The position numbers were made by a program, and so were the translations under genes. From positions 1 to 64,000 of the forward strand of contig JBKBYA010000014.1 in NCBI GenBank assembly GCA_046313635.1: a stretch of DNA of 64,000 bases, given 5' to 3'. Of the stretch, positions 8,767-17,175 are shown one piece after another. The stretch's first letter is position 1; every line of letters begins with the position of its first letter. The notes below the pieces were generated by a model. It had not been told where the DNA came from. It did no database searches and worked only from the letters and a program-made list of their open reading frames with translations. The DNA comes from Pyrinomonadaceae bacterium. GTDB lineage: Bacteria > Acidobacteriota > Blastocatellia > Pyrinomonadales > Pyrinomonadaceae.

Positions 8767-9013
8767 CTTTTTCTTCGTCCTCCACGTTGTTGTAGTAGCC
8801 CTCGGCGAGCAGGTCGATGATCCGGTTCAGGTCGTCCCAGAAGAGATCGGTGTTGACCCGGGAGATGATCTCGAGACCACGCTCCGGCGTCAGCCCCAGG
8901 TCGCAGTGCTCGCTGACCATGTAGGTCACGATCGCCTCGAGGATGCAGACGTCGGTGTTGAGACGAGACTTAGGCTGCCAGCAGTTGTTGCAGGTGACGA
9001 TCTTTTTGCTCAT
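8753..9013 (-). CDS. Hypothetical protein
   Basis: Operon overlap. Confidence 0.5.
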   Translation of the reverse strand: MSKKIVTCNNCWQPKSRLNTDVCILEAIVTYMVSEHCDLGLTPERGLEIISRVNTDLFWDDLNRIIDLLAEGYYNNVEDEEKDADI

Positions 9014-9051
9014 ATCACACTATCGACTTGTCACGGAGTTGTTCGTACTCA

Positions 9052-9285
9052 TCAATCTTTACCGGTCGCGTACTCACCGAATACGACGATGTTGTAGATG
9101 TTGTCGTAGTCGTCAGCGAAGCACGCCTGAATGACGCCGTCGTTGACGTCGATGACGACTGACTGACCCGCCTTTGGAATACGGACCGCCAGCCCCTTTG
9201 GATCGAGCTCGACGACAAGCTCGATCGGCTCTCGCGAGTCGATGTCTGACTCAGCGAGCGTGTGGATAAGTTGTGGTGATCTCAT
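9052..9285 (-). CDS. Hypothetical protein
   Basis: ATGA overlap. Confidence 0.5.
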   Translation of the reverse strand: MRSPQLIHTLAESDIDSREPIELVVELDPKGLAVRIPKAGQSVVIDVNDGVIQACFADDYDNIYNIVVFGEYATGKD

Positions 9286-9704
9286 TTTGGGTTACCGTCC
9301 CTGTCCAGGTGCGGGTGGTCGTACTCGATCCATTTGACCTCGACCTCGGCACCGCCGCATTCCTCGCTGTCGCAGACGATGTCGTCAAATATGTTGACGA
9401 TCGTATAGTCCTGCAGATCTGGGCTCCACTCGGCGTAGGCATCGAACCGCAGATGATCGCCCGAACCGCATTCGCGACAGACGGGCATCTTCGGGCCTTT
9501 CGGCTGGTCGTAGTAGTGCTCGATCCAGAGGTCCTTGCCGGCGGTCATCTCGTCGGCGTGCCGCTGGGCGTCTGTTTTGTGGCTGAATCTGCCGAATTCC
9601 TCGTTGTCGTCACGGACCACCTTGTAGCCGCCGCCGCACTTCACGACGCGGTAGATGCGTCCCGAACGCTCGGGATAGTCTTCAAGTCTGTCGGGATATT
9701 TCAT
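9282..9704 (-). CDS. Hypothetical protein with C-terminal zinc ribbon
   Basis: CRECGS...DAYAEW...CDSEEC. Confidence 0.6.
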   Translation of the reverse strand: MKYPDRLEDYPERSGRIYRVVKCGGGYKVVRDDNEEFGRFSHKTDAQRHADEMTAGKDLWIEHYYDQPKGPKMPVCRECGSGDHLRFDAYAEWSPDLQDYTIVNIFDDIVCDSEECGGAEVEVKWIEYDHPHLDRDGNPK

Positions 9705-9709
9705 ATCGG

Positions 9710-9898
9710 TTACTTTTCGCGAAACTCGTTCAGGTATGCGGACCACTCCCAGATCTCGATCCGGGAGAATGTCCGGTCCTCGATATTGAGCTGCTGGATC
9801 TCAAAGGCGAGACGCTCGTCGCTGACGTCGACCAGCTCCTGCACGAGATCGCCGGCCGAGTTGTAAAGGAGGATGTTGAACCATCTACGCTGTGCCAT
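9710..9898 (-). CDS. Hypothetical protein
   Basis: Start re-called at MAQRRW after GGAG. Confidence 0.5.
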   Translation of the reverse strand: MAQRRWFNILLYNSAGDLVQELVDVSDERLAFEIQQLNIEDRTFSRIEIWEWSAYLNEFREK

Positions 9899-10112
9899 CT
9901 GTCGCTCCTTCGCCGTCGAGACCGGGAATATCCGAGTTGCGGACGTATACCCAGGCGAGGACCCACGCTCCGTCCTCGTCCGTTCTACACACCGGAGAGG
10001 TAACCTCATCCCCGTCCCGTGCGATCTCGATGTTGGCGTCGCCGCTGCGGAGCGGTGCCTCGTACTGCTCGATCGCGGCCGCGATGTATTGATGGTCGGT
10101 CGGTTGCTTCAT
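9885..10112 (-). CDS. Hypothetical protein
   Basis: GAWVLAWVYV motif common in small phage proteins; start re-called. Confidence 0.6.
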   Translation of the reverse strand: MKQPTDHQYIAAAIEQYEAPLRSGDANIEIARDGDEVTSPVCRTDEDGAWVLAWVYVRNSDIPGLDGEGATDGTA

Positions 10113-10414
10113 ATTCGGTAGTTGCATCTCGGGCAGACGGAACGCTCGACGAGCTCCTGTCCCTCGTCGAATATGCGGTACTGCATCTCGGTGACGGTAC
10201 CCTGTCGATCGCACTCGGGACAATAGACACGGTCGCCGGTCTCCTCGTCGAGCCACTCGACGGAGGTCAGTTCTCCGCAGTCAGAGCACTCGATGTCGCG
10301 AACCTCGTCGAGCGGCGTCCATTCCTGTAGTTTGTGATTCCACACAACTACGGCGGAGCCGGACAGAGCGTCCCCACCACAGTTGCTGCAGTGTGCAAGT
10401 CGTGATCTGCTCAT
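10109..10414 (-). CDS. Double zinc-ribbon protein
   Basis: Four CxxC pairs. Confidence 0.6.
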   Translation of the reverse strand: MSRSRLAHCSNCGGDALSGSAVVVWNHKLQEWTPLDEVRDIECSDCGELTSVEWLDEETGDRVYCPECDRQGTVTEMQYRIFDEGQELVERSVCPRCNYRI

Positions 10415-10475
10415 TTCATTCGCTCCCGCCAGTAGTCGGGCAGTTTCTTGAGATTGTCTTTTGCGGTCATAGCGG

Positions 10476-11195
10476 TTAGTCGATGTCGTAGCCGATGAAA
10501 TTGTTGTCGTTGATCAAAAGGTAGTAGTAGCCGTTGCCGCAGCCGGCGTACTCGAGCGACAGGTAGCACATAAAGTCGCCGTCGTCGGTCGTGTCGGTCT
10601 CGATACTGACGTCGTAGCCGTCGAACTTGGCCCGTCCCCAGCCGACCACTAAACCGCCGAGCAGTCCCGACCTGGTCTTTGTCCGGATGCACTCACGGAG
10701 ACGCTCGATCTCGCTCGGATACTTTTTGGCGATCCGGTCGAGCGAGATGACCTTTCCGTCGATGCGTGTGCCGGTCGTGACGTGATAGTCGTACAGGCTC
10801 TTTTGCTTGCCGCGGCGGGACACGTCCCAGTAGTCGTCGGGCAGCAGGTCGTGCTTCCACGTCTCGAAGTCGGGCAACGCGAGACAGTCCCGTATGAAAG
10901 GATTTGTGAACGTCGCCTCGGCGGCCATCTTTTTGTACTTGGCGATGACGCGGTATTGCTTTTTGAGCTGATCCTCTTCGCTCAGGGGAGGGGGAGGTCC
11001 GACCAGCTCGCCATAGTTGGCGAGATCATAGAGGTCGAGTTGGTAGCCGCGGCGGTAGGATCCTTTCTTGAACCTGCACACCGCACCGCCGGTCGAGACA
11101 AAGAGCCGGTCACGCGTCCCGTCGAGACGCACGGCGGCGACGATGTCTCCGCTTCGTATCTTGTCGCGGAGTTCCGTAAGTGTGATATTCAACAT
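10476..11195 (-). CDS. Conserved phage hypothetical protein
   Basis: 239 aa; C-terminal SLEYAGCGNGYYYLLIN...FIGYDID. Confidence 0.7.
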   Translation of the reverse strand: MLNITLTELRDKIRSGDIVAAVRLDGTRDRLFVSTGGAVCRFKKGSYRRGYQLDLYDLANYGELVGPPPPLSEEDQLKKQYRVIAKYKKMAAEATFTNPFIRDCLALPDFETWKHDLLPDDYWDVSRRGKQKSLYDYHVTTGTRIDGKVISLDRIAKKYPSEIERLRECIRTKTRSGLLGGLVVGWGRAKFDGYDVSIETDTTDDGDFMCYLSLEYAGCGNGYYYLLINDNNFIGYDID

Positions 11196-11205
11196 GTCGG
11201 TCGGT

Positions 11206-11418
11206 CTATTCGATCGTTAGTCCGTCGGCGATTAGCCCGCGGACGATGTCGCCGATGTAGCGACGCTCGACGATCACTTTTGGATAGAAAGGCTGGAAGC
11301 CGTTGTCCTCGCCGATGAACTCGTCAACCCACTCTCGGGCCGCGTCGGTCCGAGGCGTGAGCATCATCACCGAGCCGTCGTCGTAGAGGTCGAAATCAGT
11401 CGTTGTTGTTGTCGTCAT
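11206..11418 (-). CDS. Hypothetical protein
   Basis: GS..LTP.T.AA.EW...VE.RY..DI..G...DGL pattern. Confidence 0.6.
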   Translation of the reverse strand: MTTTTTTDFDLYDDGSVMMLTPRTDAAREWVDEFIGEDNGFQPFYPKVIVERRYIGDIVRGLIADGLTIE

Positions 11419-11516
11419 TGTCGTCGATGACCGTCAGGTCTCTGAGACGCCACTCGGCCACCATCGCCGAAGAGAACGTCTCGCGGACATCGTTGTATTC
11501 GTTTTCAGTCATACGT

Positions 11517-11822
11517 TCACACTCGAAAGCACTTGCCTTGTTTCGGATCTCCGCCGGACGGATACATCCACAGGAACCGGACGCGTTCGACCGCAAATAC
11601 GTCGTAACGCGGGTCGGCGATGAGCGTCTGACGCCATCGCCGCCATTTGTTGGCGATACGCCTGGCCATCCTGACGGACATTCGCCGAGCGTGGTAAACG
11701 CCGGCGAATATCACCTCACCCTGCGAACCCGTACCAAAGACCTGGTACTCGGTATCGCTGCGGGATGGTGGAGCGTACTTCTCACGAAGTTCGTTAAGCC
11801 GTGATCGTTGCTGTCGATTCAT
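11517..11822 (-). CDS. Hypothetical basic protein
   Basis: Operon context. Confidence 0.5.
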   Translation of the reverse strand: MNRQQRSRLNELREKYAPPSRSDTEYQVFGTGSQGEVIFAGVYHARRMSVRMARRIANKWRRWRQTLIADPRYDVFAVERVRFLWMYPSGGDPKQGKCFRV

Positions 11823-12121
11823 AATCCTTGTTCACGCCGGAATTTTGCGGCTCGGCGGAGAAATCGTCTGAGAGCCCGCGAGACCAGACGGCTGTACCGC
11901 CGCTCTCGCGGGATCCCATCGTAGGTATAGTTGCGGTAGACGTACATCCACAGATCGTACGACTGCGTCAGCAGTTTGATTGTCATAGGCCGATCGTCAG
12001 AACCGAATGTACGGACGCGACAGGAAGACAAAACCTCGTCTCGTCGGCACGGTCACCCCGGGGTGATTTCGTCGGATGCGACGCCCCCAGCGGCGTCGGA
12101 TGCGTTTCGGAAGTCGTCGTA

Positions 12122-12475
12122 TCATGATTCGTCGTCCTCGTCATCTTCGTACTCGGTGGCGAACTCGTCGTACTCGGCCTGGACATCCGAGCACGAACCG
12201 GAATGAAAGGCGAGCTCGGCCTGTGAACGCAGCTCGACCAGATCGAACAGTGGGCTGCATTCCCCGCAGACCAGAAACCCGCCGTCGCTGCTGTCGCCGA
12301 TGATGTAGACCTCATCATCCGACGGATCGGGATACATGTCGAAGCGAAACTCGGAGCACAGCTCTTGATTGCCACCGGTTATGTCCCCGACGAAGAGTGA
12401 CGTAGCGGTCTCGAAAAAGAACGCACGGTAGCCGCCGGCGTTCCAGCGTCGTAGGAATCTAAGTTTCAAGCTCAT
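12122..12475 (-). CDS. Acidic hypothetical protein
   Basis: Operon context. Confidence 0.55.
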   Translation of the reverse strand: MSLKLRFLRRWNAGGYRAFFFETATSLFVGDITGGNQELCSEFRFDMYPDPSDDEVYIIGDSSDGGFLVCGECSPLFDLVELRSQAELAFHSGSCSDVQAEYDEFATEYEDDEDDES

Positions 12476-12476
12476 A

Positions 12477-13370
12477 TCAGTCAGCCTGCCGGTAGTTGCC
12501 GATCACCGTCGGCGGATCAGTTCTACGGTCGATGACGATCGCATCCATGTGCGGCTTCGCGTGTCCGCTGAATGATCCGGTCAAGTTGGCCGTCGCGGAG
12601 CCGTACGCCTCGACCTTCGCGGAGTTGTACGCCTCGACCGTTGTGGAGCCGTACGCCTCGACCGTTGTGGAGCCGTACGCCTTAACGGTCGCGGAGTCGT
12701 GCACCTTAACGGTCGCGGAATCGCTCGCCTCGACCGTCGCGGAGTCGTACGCCACGACCGTCGCGGAGCCGTACGCCTCGACCTTCGCGGAGTTGTACGC
12801 CTCGACCGTTGTGGAGCCGTACGCCTCGACCTTCGCGGAGTCGTACGCCCTGACCGTCGCGTGGCCGGAAGCCGAAACCCTGGCGTAGCCGTACGCCTTA
12901 ACGGTCGCGGAGTCGTGCACCTTAACGGTCGCGGAATCGCTCGCCTCGACCTTCGCGGAGTTGTACGCCCTGACCGTCGCGTGGCCGGAAGCCGAAACCC
13001 TGGCGTAGCCGTACGCCACCCCGCGGCCGCTGTCGAGCCGATGCTCGCCGGAGTAAAAGATATTCAGAACGACCAGCTCGTCACGAGTCAGTTTGCGGAC
13101 GAGACGGACGCGGCGGCAAACGATCTTGTCGTCGCTGCACACGACCGACTCGCCATCGTACTCGGCCTCGTAACAATCGGCGTCGCGATCCCACCAGAGG
13201 ACAGGCTCGCTGGTTAGGTGGAAGCCCTGAGAGCACGGAACAAGTTCGCCGTCGAAACTGTGCCAGTCGCCGGGCGTCCACGTCCCGTCGTCGTTCTGCG
13301 TCGGCAGATCGTACTCAAATTCGCCGCCGTGGAACGAGCGGCCGGCGATCAATGTTTTGTAGAATTTCAT
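12477..13370 (-). CDS. Phage protein with N-terminal globular domain and octapeptide (YGSATVEA-type) beta-solenoid repeats
   Basis: C..GFH motif then 18 eight-residue units; start re-called at MKFYKT. Confidence 0.8.
   Translation of the reverse strand: MKFYKTLIAGRSFHGGEFEYDLPTQNDDGTWTPGDWHSFDGELVPCSQGFHLTSEPVLWWDRDADCYEAEYDGESVVCSDDKIVCRRVRLVRKLTRDELVVLNIFYSGEHRLDSGRGVAYGYARVSASGHATVRAYNSAKVEASDSATVKVHDSATVKAYGYARVSASGHATVRAYDSAKVEAYGSTTVEAYNSAKVEAYGSATVVAYDSATVEASDSATVKVHDSATVKAYGSTTVEAYGSTTVEAYNSAKVEAYGSATANLTGSFSGHAKPHMDAIVIDRRTDPPTVIGNYRQAD
12590..13017. repeat. Coding tandem repeat of 24-bp units
   Basis: e.g. GCCGTACGCCTCGACCTTCGCGGA / GTTGTACGCCTCGACCGTTGTGGA, with higher-order block duplications. 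Confidence 0.9.
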
Positions 13371-13612
13371 ACAATTACCTTGTCGCAGCGTTCGAGGATG
13401 TAGGCTTGGTGTATGTGTCGCTGATTTTTCATCCATTCGACAGCCTCTTCTTTGGTGTCGAACCATTTGTGCTCCTTGGCCCGAGCGATCTGATCGTGTG
13501 ATGTCAAACGGTCGCTGTACCCGAGACTCACAAAATCGATCGACACCACGACGTAGCGGACGACGATCCCGTCGTTAAGCTCGTCTTTGAGATACCGAAG
13601 GTCGTCTTTCAT
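13367..13612 (-). CDS. Hypothetical protein
   Basis: ATGA overlaps on both sides. Confidence 0.55.
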   Translation of the reverse strand: MKDDLRYLKDELNDGIVVRYVVVSIDFVSLGYSDRLTSHDQIARAKEHKWFDTKEEAVEWMKNQRHIHQAYILERCDKVIV

Positions 13613-13950
13613 CGAGCGTAAACCCCCGTTCTGGTGACGGCGTGTCCGAAGTTGCGTAGGCGAAGGACGGCGGCCTCGACCAACGAGAGCTTGCCGAGAT
13701 ACCGAACGCCCTTAAAGGTCGGAACGGGCGGTACGCCCGCACGCGTATTGACCGAATAGCCGGCCGGCACGGCCCGCCGCGGGAGAGTGGCCCGAAGTTC
13801 GTCGAGACCGGCCTGGATGCCGTCGAGGATGCACGCGGGCACACGCCGCGGAGGATTGATGCGAACACGCGGATCGCCTGGAAACAGGCGTCGTCGCCGC
13901 GGCCGCTGCGTATGGCGGCCGATGATCTTGATGCGGTTGCGATTGTACAT
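13609..13950 (-). CDS. Arg-rich hypothetical protein
   Basis: Operon context. Confidence 0.5.
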   Translation of the reverse strand: MYNRNRIKIIGRHTQRPRRRRLFPGDPRVRINPPRRVPACILDGIQAGLDELRATLPRRAVPAGYSVNTRAGVPPVPTFKGVRYLGKLSLVEAAVLRLRNFGHAVTRTGVYAR

Positions 13951-13998
13951 ATATGGTCGATCTCCTTGTCAGTATCGTCCGGCGTATCGCCGGCGTGG

Positions 13999-14205
13999 TC
14001 ATGCCGAACTTTTCATTCGGGCGGGAATGCGACGCTCACGCCAGAATCGGATCATTTGCGGCGTCCAGCCTCGGTCGGTCAGTACGACCTCGGCCCTTCT
14101 GGTCTCGTCGGTCTCGTCGTCGCCGCGGCCTTCGAGCGTCAACATCGCACAAAACTTTTCGACGTCGAGGCTGTTTACGATCTGCGATCTCATTTGATGC
14201 CGCAC
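13999..14205 (-). CDS. Hypothetical protein
   Basis: Operon context. Confidence 0.45.
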   Translation of the reverse strand: MRHQMRSQIVNSLDVEKFCAMLTLEGRGDDETDETRRAEVVLTDRGWTPQMIRFWRERRIPARMKSSA

Positions 14206-14600
14206 CCACCGGCGTCTCGGTCGCCGATGGGATCCGGCGAAATCCAGTAGTTCGGCTCTTTTTCGAATCCGCGGGAATCGGCCGAAAATTCGATCTGGTA
14301 ATATGGACGGTCTCTTTCGTCGACGAACCGCTTTATCGACAGCTCGGCCCCAGGACTGTCCGGAGAATAGCCTTCGAACTGTCCGGTCTTTCCGCCGTCC
14401 CCAAATTCAGCGATACCGCCGGATATGTGAATATCCGCGAGTCGCTTCGGCAACTCGTCGACTTCCCAGATCGCGTAGACACGCTTTTCGGAAAGCAGGT
14501 CTATCGCCGCCTGGTAACAATCGGTCGTCGTCACCTCAGGACAAACATTGGCGAGCTCGTACAGTTGATGCAGAGCAGCCTCAACATTTATTTGATTCAT
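14190..14600 (-). CDS. Hypothetical protein
   Basis: Start re-called at MNQINV. Confidence 0.55.
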   Translation of the reverse strand: MNQINVEAALHQLYELANVCPEVTTTDCYQAAIDLLSEKRVYAIWEVDELPKRLADIHISGGIAEFGDGGKTGQFEGYSPDSPGAELSIKRFVDERDRPYYQIEFSADSRGFEKEPNYWISPDPIGDRDAGGCGIK

Positions 14601-14610
14601 ATTCAGCCTC

Positions 14611-14931
14611 TCAGTGGAAAAGTCCCAACGCGACGCGTGCGTCCGCGTCCCAATGCTCCGGAGTCTCAGATTCCAGCTTGTACGCGTACTCGACCGCCTC
14701 GTCGTCGTCGTCGTCGAAGTAGCAAACGACCTCGTAATAAGTCCCGAAGTCGTGCGGATACGATCTGACACTCAGCGACGCCGAGCAGGGCTCGTCGCCG
14801 AATTGACGGCGAAGCTGGTCGATGAATACGCGGCACTCTCTGCGAGCACGCTCGTAGTAGTCGTCGGAGCCGACCTGGGCACAATCCTCAGCGGTCGGCG
14901 ACGGGCCGATGTCGACGTAATCTCTCATCAT
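14611..14931 (-). CDS. Conserved acidic phage hypothetical protein
   Basis: IGP.P..EDCAQVG...HDFGTYYEVVC...P.HWD pattern. Confidence 0.7.
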   Translation of the reverse strand: MMRDYVDIGPSPTAEDCAQVGSDDYYERARRECRVFIDQLRRQFGDEPCSASLSVRSYPHDFGTYYEVVCYFDDDDDEAVEYAYKLESETPEHWDADARVALGLFH

Positions 14932-14941
14932 CCTTTCCCCC

Positions 14942-15178
14942 TTAGCGGCCGCTGAGTGCGGCGAGCTGATGAAGTGCCTCGGCCTCGCGTTGAGCCTGAA
15001 ATCGGCGTATGCCGAACGGATCCTCAGTGCCGAACAAAGCACGGCGTACCGATGCTTCGGTCACCGCGGGCTGATCCGGCCTGGTGCTGTAAGAAGTCTT
15101 TGCCTCACGCTCGGCGAGAAATGCCGGAACGTCGTCACGCGGTATGCGTTTTACCGCTCTAAGTGCGTTTTTGAGCAT
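14942..15178 (-). CDS. Hypothetical protein
   Basis: Operon context. Confidence 0.45.
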   Translation of the reverse strand: MLKNALRAVKRIPRDDVPAFLAEREAKTSYSTRPDQPAVTEASVRRALFGTEDPFGIRRFQAQREAEALHQLAALSGR

Positions 15179-15197
15179 AATGGTCAGTTATTGGTCG

Positions 15198-15380
15198 TCA
15201 GTTGTCCTGTGGTGCCGAACAATCGTTATGCAGCTCGACGAACGCCGCGACCGTCTCTTCAGCACGCTTGACGTCGTGCCACACGTTCCCGATACGCTCG
15301 CACTCGCCGCAGTTACGGCATTTGAGCAGACAAGTGCCCGCGTTCGTGATTTTGGTCTCGATATGCTTTGCCGCTTTCAT
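15198..15380 (-). CDS. Small zinc-binding hypothetical protein
   Basis: CRNCG...H..C. Confidence 0.5.
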   Translation of the reverse strand: MKAAKHIETKITNAGTCLLKCRNCGECERIGNVWHDVKRAEETVAAFVELHNDCSAPQDN

Positions 15381-15629
15381 TGCGATTTACCGACGCGGCT
15401 TTTGCACGGCGTCGCGGCGTACTCGATCGACACGGCGGCGTCTACTACACGGGCCGCACAATCGAGACAAACATCGACGGTCTCAGAAAAATCCGGTGCG
15501 ACCGACGCGTCACACAGTTCGACGGTGCATCGGGCTTCGCCGGAACAACCGCCGAGCTCGCATATTGTCCTTGGCATATATGGTTCCTCGTACTTGATTT
15601 TGGGTTTGTGCAAGTGCGATTGCACACGA

Positions 15630-15657
15630 AAAGGCCTTGCCGGATAGCAAGGCCTTT
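15630..15657 (-). terminator. Intrinsic terminator after the first early gene
   Basis: Perfect 11-bp inverted repeat AAAGGCCTTGC-N6-GCAAGGCCTTT ending in a T run on the minus strand. Confidence 0.7.
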
Positions 15658-15681
15658 GAAGTCTACAATCGTTCGGGATGC

Positions 15682-16272
15682 TTAGGCAGTCGCGGTCGCG
15701 GTTTTTTCAAGCTTCGCGGCGACCTTTACCTTGCGACCGTCCTTTTTGACAATCGTCGAAACTTCGGGCTTCACGTAAGGATTAGCTACGCGATTAACCA
15801 TCCTGGCCGCGGACTTGATGACAATCGCAAGGTCGGACGCCGACAAGTTGACACCGGAGATCTCGGCACTATTCCAGCCAAAAGCAGGCTGAAACGTGCT
15901 CTTGATACGCTTGGACAGCGACCGGATACGCTCGGCACGTTCTGCTTTGTTGAACGTAACCTTTGAGTAAATCGCATCGCCCGCCTTGTCTTCGCCCGTC
16001 TTCACGTAGCGATAAGCCAGAATCTGCTCAATATCCGCCCGCTCGGCCAAAGTTTCGCACAATGTCTCAAAACTTACCGAACTTCCGTTGTGCAGAAGGT
16101 TTCGACGGTATTCGCGAATGAACCCGAGGGCAGATTGGACGTAAAGTCGGGTTGAAAGTCCGCCTTGCTTGTTGAACGAAAGGCGACCTAAAAGATGCAC
16201 GTTTCCGTTTTTGTCCGCCTTGATTGAATCAAACGTTCGGACAATCTGATTAACCATTTGCTGATTGTTCAT
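15682..16272 (-). CDS. Basic early protein, unknown function
   Basis: 196 aa, GGAG upstream, lower GC, own terminator. Confidence 0.75.
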   Translation of the reverse strand: MNNQQMVNQIVRTFDSIKADKNGNVHLLGRLSFNKQGGLSTRLYVQSALGFIREYRRNLLHNGSSVSFETLCETLAERADIEQILAYRYVKTGEDKAGDAIYSKVTFNKAERAERIRSLSKRIKSTFQPAFGWNSAEISGVNLSASDLAIVIKSAARMVNRVANPYVKPEVSTIVKKDGRKVKVAAKLEKTATATA

Positions 16273-16295
16273 AGATTTAGCTCCAAGTTAGTTTC

Positions 16296-16375
16296 ACTGT
16301 CCTTAGACAGTTCAGAGTATTCGCTCTGAATACAGGACACAATTGCATTGTGTCCTGGCTTTCAAAGCAAATCTT
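16296..16375 (-). promoter_or_regulatory. Long structured leader hairpin (possible RNA processing site)
   Basis: CAGGACACAAT/ATTGTGTCCTG stem extended by a 12-bp G-U-containing stem on the minus strand; second hairpin ACTGTC/GACAGT. Confidence 0.55.
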
Positions 16376-16454
16376 TAGAGTCATAATTCCCTTTTTTGTG
16401 CTGACCTTACTCGGCTAATCAACCAGATTGGGGTACAGCGGGAATATGACCGTG

Positions 16455-16748
16455 TTAGCTACAAAAGGCAGATTCTAGCGAATCAAAGGCGTAGCTACAT
16501 TCTGGACAAACTGCTACACGTCCGTGGCCTTTGCGTAAAACCTTGATTAGGCCTTGCGTTTTTTTCTGGCTTAGCCAATGTTTACAGCGTGGACACTCGA
16601 CGCGTTTTGGTAACAGGGCATCATTAATGCGATAGCCTTGCTTAGTGTATTGATAACTCGTAGCTCTACGGTAGTAGCTGGAAGCCTGACCGCGGTTACG
16701 TGCACCGTACAATTCAACGTGTCGATATGCAGACGTGAGTTTGTTCAT
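16455..16748 (-). CDS. Early hypothetical protein with two CxxC
   Basis: CPRC...CPEC; first ORF after promoter 16872-16900. Confidence 0.55.
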   Translation of the reverse strand: MNKLTSAYRHVELYGARNRGQASSYYRRATSYQYTKQGYRINDALLPKRVECPRCKHWLSQKKTQGLIKVLRKGHGRVAVCPECSYAFDSLESAFCS

Positions 16749-16871
16749 TGTTTTAGGACAAGCATTCCTTCGTTCGCATTTGGCTTTGCTGTCGCAATCT
16801 CACGCGAGCGGACAGTTAGCAAAGCAAGGCGTTTGAAGGTTTGTTGTCAATCGCTCTCGTCGAGCATTTAT

Positions 16872-16900
16872 AATCTATCGCAAAACTCATATTGTGTCAA
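16872..16900 (-). promoter_or_regulatory. Major early sigma70-type promoter
   Basis: TTGACA-N17-TAGATT at the head of the leftward gene array. Confidence 0.8.
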
Positions 16901-17118
16901 GTGCCAAATACATTCGTTGTTCTGATGTGTTATTTATCGAGCGACTAGCTATCTATCGAAGCAATGCCCGTTATGCAGCCGCCCGAGCATTGCAGACGTG
17001 CGAGAGATGATCACCAGATGGCCATCCCGTATTGTGTAGCCTTGCAGCATACTCACGTGTACGCGACTGATCCGTCGAGTAGTCGGTCGATTCAACGTCC
17101 AACAGCTCAGACATCCCG

Positions 17119-17146
17119 TGTGAACGTAAGGGATATTATCGGACGC
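17119..17146 (-). other. dif-like XerC/XerD recombination site
   Basis: Minus strand GCGTCCGATAA-TATCCC-TTACGTTCACA: 11-6-11 layout with TAA/TTA inner triplets. Confidence 0.6.
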
Positions 17147-17162
17147 GGTGCTACTTTGTCCG

Positions 17163-17175
17163 TAAACTATTGATT
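17163..17175 (-). promoter_or_regulatory. IHF-consensus site
   Basis: AATCAATAGTTTA = WATCAANNNNTTR exact match, 16 bp from the dif-like site. Confidence 0.55.

Noticed and set aside
12590..13017. CRISPR-like or guide-RNA array
   Set aside because: Units are contiguous 24-bp in-frame coding repeats without unique spacers; no cas genes
1069..15966. Plus-strand ORFs in the early region (e.g. 1069-1929, 5685-6530, 13953-14768)
   Set aside because: Minus-strand ORFs tile the region with ATGA-type coupling and matching promoters
16291..16320. Hammerhead ribozyme (CTGA...stem...GAAAC on minus strand)
   Set aside because: Core lacks the CUGANGA spacing, and stems I and III with the cleavage triplet could not be built
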